Below are positions 53,221 through 64,000 of a stretch of DNA of 64,000 nt, piece by piece. Source of the stretch: Octopus vulgaris. Taxonomy: Eukaryota. Location: the NCBI GenBank assembly GCA_951406725.2, contig OX597817.1, positions 19,716,001 through 19,780,000 of the forward strand, in the 5' to 3' direction. Every line of letters begins with the position of its first letter. Positions within the stretch are counted from its first letter, which is position 1. Both the position numbers and the translations under genes were made by a program. The notes beneath the pieces are model-generated. The model saw only the letters and a program-made list of their open reading frames with translations, was not told the origin of the DNA and did no database searches.

Positions 53221-54263
53221 GTTGGTACGTATCATATTATAAGAACTAGTGCATATAAGGATATGAAAATAACTGGGATGTGACATAAGCGGTATTGATG
53301 GGGCGGCGGTTAATCAATGAGCTCGACTGTAATACTAGAATAAACATTTTATTTTATTCACAAACAAAGGAGGCTAGGCAAACTTCACCTGGGTGAAGAA
53401 GATAACGATATTAACTCAGAAGATAGCAATATTATTAAAACTTGAAATTCATACGAACGATAAATAGACTTGTAGGCAAATATCCGATAAAATTATTATG
53501 CGTTCCTTTCACACAATATGTGTAACAGAGTCCAAGCAGAACCAGCCAGTTTGGAACTCGGAATGCTTTCAGTCTGTTAATGTTTGCATTTTCGCCTCGT
53601 TACAATTACCATGGACACATATAATATTTTTTAACAGGTACAGATCTATAAAGTTGTGTAGAGAGATAAGTCAAAAATTTGTCTCATAGCATTGATTTCG
53701 ATGTGATATGAAATCAGAATTGAAATGTCGATAACTAAATATAGCTAGCGATTTTACCGGATGTTCTAACGCTTCTGCCAATCTACTATCGTATCATAAT
53801 TACAAATAATAGATGTTTACTAATAAATTAACATTTATTTCCAAGAAAGTAACAGAAGATGCCAAAATATAAGAAATAATCATTTTCTATTACATTCTTA
53901 CTCTAGTACCATTAGAGATAAACATTACAGATAATATTTATAGAGATACGTTTTATTCTATCCTATTCTTGGATGCCTGTAAAGATAAAGCAAATTTCAG
54001 AAATAAAGTCATTATAGGGAATATAACTATTATATATGTCTGCAGAAATTAGCGTTGCATACCTTAAAGTACTTATTTAATGGTCCATAAAAAATTCCGT
54101 TGGACAAAGATAGGGAATAGCAAGATTACATTATGAGATAAATATTCTTTCTACTTATTTAAAAAAAATATTTTGTTTAAGTGTGATTGCACTTTCTCGT
54201 GTTTATATAATTTTGAGTAATTGTTATGGAACACACACACACACTCACACATATATATGTGCA

Positions 54264-54384
<121 letters not shown>

Positions 54385-54934
54385 GCATCTATGTACGAAT
54401 ATGTCTGTTTATTTATGCACACAAACATATGTCGTATGTGTAATTTTAGGATGCGTGTGCGCCTGTTTTTGCCATTTTATAGCTTTGTTTTAAACCCAAA
54501 GCTCACATCAATCTATCAAGTCTACAACCAAAAGTATCCCATTTGCGGTTATGGCGTATTCATAAGACATCGAATGCATTTTTCTGTCCTTTCGATCTGT
54601 TTTTTACTCTGACAATGTATGTAATTTCAGTGAATGCGCTTAAAGTGACAATGCAAGCGGCTTGATTAAGTGCGCAAGTGCTAAGGAAGTTTCCTTACGA
54701 TTGCGTTATTATTAACATTTGCAAGTACATATGTAGAGACATAATATATTTTAAAATATGTGTTCTAGAGTCGCGGTAAAGAGTGTAGCTACAAATTATT
54801 GCAGTTAATGAAAATACAGAGTAGGCACAATTACACACGTCTGAAAATCTATAGGTAGTAATAATTTCCGATGTTGGCAATAGCCAACAAATTTGAAAAG
54901 AGGGGATTTATTGATTACTTTAATCTCACTACCT

Positions 54935-55066
54935 GAGTTCTACAACCTTTTAACGACAGTGAAAGGCAGAAAACCTGAGCGGATTTTGAGCTCAGAGCCT
55001 TATGAATGGGAACAAGTGTCCCTAACCAATTTATTAGATGCGATAACGTTTTTGTCTGCTCGCCGA
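54935..55066 (-). mobile_element. Old SINE family A copy
   Basis: gaaaggcagaaaacctgagcggattttgagctcaga..aacgtttt..gctcgccg. Confidence 0.55.
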
Positions 55067-56079
55067 GCTTGGAAAGGGAAATGAGTATAGCCGATTTCAT
55101 TGACTGAAGTCAATCTTCTTGAATAAATAAAACGAGCAAATGATGGAAATTGAAAATTAAAGGAGAGCAACATTCATCATTTACTGCCGTCTTCTACTGT
55201 CCTTATCTGCACAGTTTTAAATTGTCAAATAGTGTACCTGTTTACAAATATGCATGAAAAAACAATTCACCTTAGCAATAGCGATATTACAAAACGCGAA
55301 ACGCAGAAGTTAATAGACTTCAAACGAATTATATTGAAATTTCATGGCAAAATATGGAGATTTCTTAAAAAATACACATAAGATTATATACCGTTATGTC
55401 ACTGTAATATTCTATCCTATTTTGAATGGCAGGTAATCTGGTGTAAGAATTAGACAACAATCAGTTACGTTCTTAAATTCTGCATTCCAGTATACACTAC
55501 TTCATTAAAAGTAATTATTAAATACAGCAAGATATGAACGTTTGCTACCATAAAGGTTTAGAATATTTATCACACCTGCATACTGCATTTACATCATAAT
55601 GTATATATTAAAAATGCGTATGTTGTCTATTATCGACGGGCTTGAGAGCTTAATCTTTTCTGGTAGCTTTTACGACCCTTATTGTAAATTTGGAACAACA
55701 TTCCTAATTTCCATCCCCAATACAATATCTAAATGAATAATTACAAATATAGAAATAAATAATTTGCATTTTCAATCTAATTTAATTAGGAGGCTACAGC
55801 TTTTACGACAGTTCAGTTTTATCCAGTTTTTAGTTTGAATAAATAGCTATGCAATACTAGAGAATAACCATACAAAAATTGTTGATGAAAGGGATCTAGA
55901 AATAAAATGCACTGGGCAGCTTTTGGTAAACGTCCCAAGCTATTGCTTTAAATTGGAAGATTGGAAATGCCCAAGGTAATTAGTCTATAAACCCTGAAGT
56001 CGAAGTACTTTGAAACTGAAGTTATAGCGTTGCTCAATTTGCTATCACAAAATAATTCCAATTTAAATACAAAATGTCT

Positions 56080-56472
56080 TGGCAATGTAGTAAAAAGGTT
56101 GCTTCCCAGCTACATGGTTCCAGGTTCAGTCTTACTGCGAGGCATCTTCGGCATGAGTCTTCCACTGTAGCCTCGGGCCAACCAAAGCCTTGTGAGTGGA
56201 TTTGCTAGACGAAAACTGAAAGAAGTCTGTCGTATATGTGTAATCATATATTTATGTGTGCGCATGTCTTCATGGGTGTGATTGGCCCCGACCACCACCG
56301 CTTGACAACCGGTGCTGGTGTGTTTGTGTTACAGTAGACTAGTGGTTCAGTAGAAGAGATCGTTAGAATATGTACCAGGCTTTAAAAAATAAGTACTGGG
56401 GCTGATTCATTCGACTAGAAATTCTTCAAAGTGGTGCTCCAGCGTGATGACTGAAACAAGTGAAAGATAAAA
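56080..56472 (+). mobile_element. SINE family B
   Basis: acatggttccaggttcagt..tagcctcgggccaaccaaagccttgtgagtggattt..gcttgacaaccggtgctggtg..gactgaaacaagt. Confidence 0.9.
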
Positions 56473-58189
56473 TATATATTTAATCAAATATGTTTTCCCT
56501 CTACGCTTTATTATTCATTGTTAGATATTTCGTTAAGCAATAGTGGCATCGGCAGCAATAGTTTATAGAAATTTATTTCTAGAAGATGCAAACAAAAATG
56601 CAGCAACTAATATTATGCTTAATAAACCATTTATTGAATTAAATTTCCAGATGATGAAGATACTTATCATAGCATGTGAGATGGAAGGAGAGAGGTTGAA
56701 CGAGTCTATGCAAATAAAATTGCCATTAATGTTTGATCATAAGAACGTCCTATTTGCGTATATGTAAATTTAGGAGACTGGATGTAAAAATTATATCTGT
56801 TAGTAGGCGTTACTAGATTAACAGCGACAACTTTTTTCTTCTTTATCATATTATATTAAACATTGACTGATATAGTTTCAGATATACTTATCCAAAGGAA
56901 TATAAGGTAGTGATGTTGGCAACATAATTGGTAAAACAACTGGCACGAGATAAAAAGCGCATATCGTACATATCTAATATAGCATATTTCGAAAATTATA
57001 ATTGATTTAGATCCCTGATAATGTGCAGTAGGAAACTTAATCCATACTTTTCATCTTAAACAATGCAACTGTTCTTACGATGCTAAGCTAGATAATTTGG
57101 AAAAGGAAAGTTCGACAGACGTGTAATTTAGTGCTGAGAAGAAAGCCTAAAAACAATAAGGTTTTAGATGTGAAAAATGAAAAGACGAGTGTAGGGGTTT
57201 AAATGTTTATTTGTCAGTGTGGGGCTGAAGTTGCCATTTAAAAAGATGGCATTTTTGCCAGCATGGTAAGCAGTCTGTCAATACAAAATTAAAGATCTTA
57301 TTTTGCTACAAACTATTCAGATATATACAGAATATCGAATTGTTTGTGAATAAAGTACATAGTACAGCAACACAATGTGATAATATTCAAATAATAACAC
57401 GTAAGAAAGGAGACATAGCGTGAATACTTCCAAAGCTATACTCAACAGCTCGATGGGGATGAATGTAGTGTGAGCTGTTAATAATTTTAAGACTGGTATC
57501 GATCTTTGTTCCCGATACAAATATTATATTTGTTAGATGGTTCTGGGGTTGATGACAACAAAAACGACGACGAGCGCGGTTATGATGATGTTGAAGATGG
57601 CAATGATGATACTGATGAAAATACTGTGAAAAGATAGAGAAATATGAGAAAGTATTTGTGACATACATGAAGACAAACCTGTTTGATACAAGTAAACACA
57701 TATGCAGATAATCTGCAGTACGGTCACTTACAGATATTTATTCTCAGGAAACTACAGTTAAAAGGAGAACATTACGTAAATATTACCATTTAGACTCCAG
57801 CAAAATAATGCGGCACGCTATTATTTTGCGTGATTACAGTAAAAATTTTCAGTAAAGCAAAATTGTAAGTATTATGTCTATAAATAAGATGTATTATATT
57901 CAGCCGTACAGATCTACATCAATGGAACTTTGGTAAAGCTAAATGAGTTGCTGGCTCTCCTGAAAGCAAAACGGAAATCCCAACTATATATGTCTTCATT
58001 GCCTGGGCTTCACAGATTTCTGGGGTTATAGCGCACATCAAAAATTCCTTGCGTGAACTATTCATCGAAATAAAAATTCACATTGTTTCCATCTTTGGCC
58101 AGAAAGTGAAAATTGCCTTCTCTTGTCAACTGGCTATGACGAACAAATTTGTATGTAGGTATGCATATATGTATGCAAGTATGTATGTA

Positions 58190-58260
58190 TCTTCTATTTT
58201 CTAATTATTATAATTCTTCCACTGACGAGGGAGCCAGTTTCCACAAACATACAAGGCTCT
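58190..58260 (-). mobile_element. Isolated 3' tip of the RLE LINE family seen at 100-900
   Basis: cttctattttctaattattataattcttccactgacgagggagccagtttcc..acaaggctct matches positions ~110-181; lies within (TATG)n-like repeats. Confidence 0.75.
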
Positions 58261-58784
58261 ATATGTGCATGTATGCATGCATGCATGTGTTTATTTATTT
58301 CTTATTTATATATTCATTTATTTATTTGAAAACCCAGGCAGTTGTGGATTTTAGTGAATGTTAAGTTTTGGGAATTTTCATATCTCTATACTTCATGATT
58401 TAATAACCGTAGATATCGTTGTTTGCATATTACTCTGTGGAAATATTTAACTTCAATTTTAAAACTAATATTAATACTTTATACATTTTGTGGTTGTGCG
58501 TGCGTTTTTGTGAATGTTTGTGCGTGAATTTGTCTGGGTGTGTACCTGAACGCAGGCATGCATTGTGTTAAAAGTTCCATGAATCATTACTCTGAGATTC
58601 AAACTCCGGATTAGTTTAATAATAACCAATAGCCTAAAGGTCAGAGTATATTTAAGCAAATGTTTTTCATATGAAATACATTACTTATTTTATGCACCAC
58701 CAATCCATTCTGATATTTTCATAAATACACCCACATAGTTGTACACGTACACACAAATCTATACATAGACTTATATATATATAG

Positions 58785-58879
58785 CACCCACACATATGTA
58801 TATGTGTATATGTGTGAATATCAATATATGTATGCGTACACATATATAATTCTGTGTGTGTATAGTGTATATATGTATT

Positions 58880-58921
<42 letters not shown>

Positions 58922-59007
58922 TACTTATATACACAAACATAATTATATATGTGTACGCATACATATATTGATATTCACACATATACACATATACATATGT
59001 GTGGGTG
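58785..59007. repeat. Perfect 67-bp inverted repeat around a (TA)n tract
   Basis: 58785-58851 is the exact reverse complement of 58941-59007. Confidence 0.93.
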
Positions 59008-59746
59008 TTGTGTGTATGTGTGTGAATATGAAGCAGGTTTGTCTTCGTGTTTTGTATGAATATGAATATAGGTATGGGTACTTGTATTCATATTTATACA
59101 CACACACACACACACCTACCTACACATACACACTTACACACACACTTATGCGCCAAACACACACACACATACACACAGAAATGCTGGTTGTCAATATCTG
59201 ATTATTGTGTGTAAAGTATTTTTTTTAAACTTACAAATATAAATAATATTATATTTGCCAATTTACGTTGTTATTGACAAATATACTAAGTATCTAAATT
59301 CACTTACTCTTTTGTCAATTGACTATAGCAATTAGTTGAAATATTTATACATCATATCTATTACTAATTTATGTACTCTAGTATTATTTGAAATCTTCTC
59401 ATTAGAAAATTGTCTAATATTTTAAAAGTATTTGTTGAAATCATGGCAATAAATACTTTTCGTTGTACATATCAATAAATTATTAAGGAGTTCCTTTAAT
59501 TCGCTTCAATTATTATCTTTGTTGCGGTTCTCGTCTTGAGAGAATTCACCCATTTAATAGCCTTTAACACAATGCATTTCATATTTTTTTTAAACAATGC
59601 GTCTGTTATAAATAACCTGTTTACATTTTCCACTCATATAACTTTGTTTCTTTTCACAATGCCTACCACTAAAATTGAAATAGTACATTAATGATTTGAG
59701 ACAATTTGCGTCTAAAATACAGAAGATTTGAAAACAAAAAGTTAGC

Positions 59747-60935
59747 TACGAAGGTTGCCTGAAAAGTTCATAGGCTGACCAAATGAGGTTTGTTTTTCAA
59801 AACAGTCCTCCTTGAGTTCCACACACTGCTTGCATTACATGGGTTGACTACCATTGGTGATGATGCTTAAATATTGTTAGTCAAAAATATCATCAAGAGA
59901 GCCTATGACGTCATAATCGTTGCGACACTGATTTCCTGCAATGTGTTAGATGGGGCGAAAACAGAAGACAAGGGATGGTGATAAACCGGATCAAAACCAG
60001 TGACTATAACAGCCATTGGCAGCAAGGACTAATATGCTAGAGCAAACTTTCGTTAGTTTTTCTGGACTTTTCGTCTTGATAGACTTTTCTAATTGCCTCT
60101 GAAAATTGGCATCCCACTTCCCCTTAATTATGCGGCTATTTTGAAGAGAGTCGATAAACACAATGCCCTTCGCATCCCAAAAAGCCGAAGTCATCAACTT
60201 CCGTGCAGATGAAACGGCCATGGCCTTCTTTGGAAGAGGTGAGGAGGGGACTCTTCTACTGCATGGGTTGTCTCTATCTTCCACTGCATGGCCTGTCTCA
60301 AAGTGGTGATTCCCACAATTTTCCTGAACTATAAAACGTTAAAAACAAACATCTTGACCTGTCATAATACGATATTTTCCCATGGTGTATTCATCCCAGG
60401 TTCGCTTTAGATCAGTTGTTAGAAGACTTGGCATCCACAAAAGAGAAACTTACGTCATGCTAAGTTCATTGTGTAGCATATTTTCAGTCCTCTTACGGGT
60501 TATGTTAATTGCATTGACCATCACCATGTGGTGAACACCCAATATTTTCTTCGGTTGTGGCAGTTGCAGGTCTTCCGTATCCTAGGTCAACTTAAAGATT
60601 ATTCCTTCTCCTTTTAAGTTCAGCGGCCTACTTTTGCACAGTTGATAAACCTGGAGCGCCATCCACTGATGTAGCAACCATTTCAGCCTGAATGTCTTTG
60701 GGGGCTGAAATCTTTTTCTGCAGGTACTTGATAACATCACGATGCCAACATTCATATATTTTCAAGAGAAGCTATTTGTTAATTTTGAAATCTTTGAAGA
60801 AACAGATATCAGTTTACCTGGAATCAAAGAATGGAATTATTATTAAGAAGAGTTGAAATAAAAACCTACAAGTTTTCACAGCTCTAGCATCACCCCTTCT
60901 TGGTAAGCTTATTTACTTTTCGGCCCACCCTCGTA
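59747..60935 (-). mobile_element. Mariner-type transposon with TIRs and TA ends, decayed transposase
   Basis: Left TA-cgaaggttgcctgaaaagttcataggctgacc; right (reverse complement) TA-cgagggtgggccgaaaagtaaataagcttacc. Peptides HRDVIKYLQKK and PKKAMAVSSARKLMTSAFWDAKGIVFID. Confidence 0.9.
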
Positions 60936-61817
60936 ACTAAACTCCAACAAGATGTGGAATAAATACTGTTTTTCTTTCAGTAAATGTAAGAAGAAACCAG
61001 GTTCATTTTACTTCATTTACCTATAGATATCATTCTGCAGGAGTGTATCGCAGGTATTGAGCTCAAGCGTAAGAGCAAAATGAACAACACGTGCAAAGTA
61101 TTATGTGTCTCATACTAAGTTTCCATCTTGTACAAAGAAGTTGTTTGTACTATATTCTTGTTCTGAACTTTTTTCCGATCTGAATTATTAGCATTAACAA
61201 TTTGAGTTTCTATTTAGACATAAAAACCGTTAATCTTTGCTAATATGATAACATTTTATACTTTTCGACTATTGAAACTTACCTCGCTGATAACGTTCGA
61301 TATAAATGCCGAATGACGTGTTTTATGGAAACTCATCACCGATGCTTTAAATAATCAAAACAATTAAAGCAGTCATGCTATAGACTTCTACAATGGCTCC
61401 TTAGGTAGACTTAGGTTAGACATCCCACTGATGCAATGCTGAGACAAGTCACTGAAGCTGTCTCTATACAAGAATACAAAGCCAACCTCAACCGTAAATC
61501 CATGTGCTGTTTAATTTAATTAAAGATGTCTGTTAAGTGAATGTCAAAACAGGAAGTAGTTGTCCAGTTCCTGTGAGTAAGGGGAGACAACTCTGTGGGT
61601 TTTAAGCTCTTCAATTTGGGTTTATCAATTTTTTGTAATAAAGGGTGTTAATAAACCTTAAATTATAAAATTATCATTTTAGCTTCATTTGCATTATCTT
61701 GTTTTATATAATTGTTTGCTAACTTAACATTCAGATTTTAACACTTTATTTATATTGTTTTCTAATTATATAAATTTACATAAACCAATTTATAATTACA
61801 TTTCAGATTGTTATGTC

Positions 61818-62475
<658 letters not shown>

Positions 62476-62810
62476 ATAATAATAATAATAATAACAACTA
62501 TAATAATAATGATAAATAAAGAATATAAGTTTTAGGTTGAAGTGATGACTGTATGGTATCCTTATATATTTATATTAGTCCATCCATGAAACATGAGGTA
62601 GAAAAAAGAAGTATGATCAACGAGGAGTTTATATATTAAGATGCGTTTTGAATTTTTCAATAAAAAGATTCTCCTTGTTAATTCTCTCCTGTGTGGTGAT
62701 TCCGTCTTTACATTGATAGAAGGGGAATATGTAAAATTTGGGACTTTTGTCTTTAGCGCATGAGTCTATGTGGCCACTCAGTGGAATTTACCGACAAATT
62801 CCACTGAGTG

Positions 62811-62857
<47 letters not shown>

Positions 62858-62858
<1 letters not shown>

Positions 62859-63375
62859 ATACAAAATGGGACAAAACATCCAGACAGGTGATAGAAAAAA
62901 CTGACACCAAAACATCCAGAAACACGACACGAAGAAAACAGGGACGTGTGATTCGGAGTTTTCTTTCCTCAGTCGAGGTCCAGATTATCTTTGCAATTTC
63001 GGCTCGTTATTACTCGAGAATGCTCCAATCTGGCCATCCCAAGGAAAAACTAAGCTAAGAGCATTAGATTCCTTGGAAGAAAGCAGCGAATGCATACGGA
63101 AACAAGGCCGGAAAAAACGGAGAATGTTACACAAATACAAATAAGAGGACATAACAACAGATTTCTTTCGACTAAGGACGATTTAAATTAAAGTGGCATG
63201 TGTGGAAATAAATCCTTACAGCAGGGATACAAGATTTCACAGGTACAGGGAGGAATACAGATGTTGCACGGACGACGGCCAAAGCAAGAAAGAATGATCA
63301 GGCTTGGACGAACACCGGTCATGTGGGGAGAGAGGAGAGAGAAGTAGATGCAGAGGGCCAGAAGAATAAAATGCA
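62858..63375. repeat. Unclassified interspersed-repeat-like insert between microsatellites
   Basis: Purine-rich ~520-bp block bounded by (CA)/(TA) tracts; decayed CTGAGGA..GAAT motif on the minus strand. Confidence 0.35.
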
Positions 63376-63423
63376 CATATACACATATATATACACAGAG
63401 ACACGTCTACACATGTGTATGCC

Positions 63424-63469
<46 letters not shown>

Positions 63470-63529
63470 AGTACATAGTACATACATACATATATGCATG
63501 AGTATAGGCATGCACACGTGTACACATAG

Positions 63530-63603
63530 ATACATACATACATACATACATACATACATACATACATACATACATACATACATACATACATACATACATA
63601 CAT
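63530..63603. repeat. (CATA)n microsatellite
   Basis: Seen directly. Confidence 0.95.
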
Positions 63604-64000
63604 CATTAACTAACAGATACTTTCTCAGATGCAGCACGGAATTTTGTCAGTGAACAGGTAGCGGTCTCAAAGCGACAAAAATATCTTGGCAAATTAAATT
63701 TAAAAGTTGAAGTAAATGTTTTGTTTGTTTTTAAATGGCTTATAAACACCTTCCGCTCTGCAACAATTAAAGTAATAATATTTATTTATTATATTTCTGC
63801 CTAAATAAGAGAGATTTCAATTCTGAATAAAAGTATTTTTATATTTATGAAATAGCTTTTCAAAACATAATTTCTGAACGTTAGCATTCGAGGTTTCATC
63901 TAAAATCCAATCGTCTGCCGCACCTACTGAAGTAGTTTATGTTACGTTCTGTCAATTTAACTGTATACACATTTATCAATACGACTGCTTTAATGAAACA

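Noticed and set aside
62930-63030. Minus-strand CTGAGGA..GAAT and nearby GAAATTGC as hammerheads
   Set aside because: The cores are incomplete and the helices are inconsistent.

Overview
AT-rich eukaryotic genomic DNA dense in (TA)n/(CA)n microsatellites. The SINE set and microsatellite style suggest an Octopus-like cephalopod (inference). I can support no intact host protein-coding gene, and nearly all listed ORFs are microsatellite translations or pieces of decayed transposons. Recognisable elements: restriction-like-endonuclease (R4/Dong-type) LINE fragments, a Tx1/L1-like LINE, a CR1-like RT, a Penelope-type RT fossil, piggyBac, mariner, Tc1/maT, hAT and Helitron/Helentron relics, and several tRNA-derived SINE families. 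The most notable signal is a set of short non-coding elements in or beside (TA)n tracts that carry minimal type I hammerhead ribozyme (HHR) motifs, at about 2.0, 5.2, 7.3, 28.2, 28.5-28.8 and 39.8 kb. Several are fold-back inverted duplications, and some have non-canonical cores (U3:A8 covariant; a recurring CCGANGA core). A GC-rich island at 12.3 kb holds hammerhead parts in a non-standard order, and one SINE is flanked by a 74-bp direct repeat. All calls are by eye; no searches or folding programs were run.
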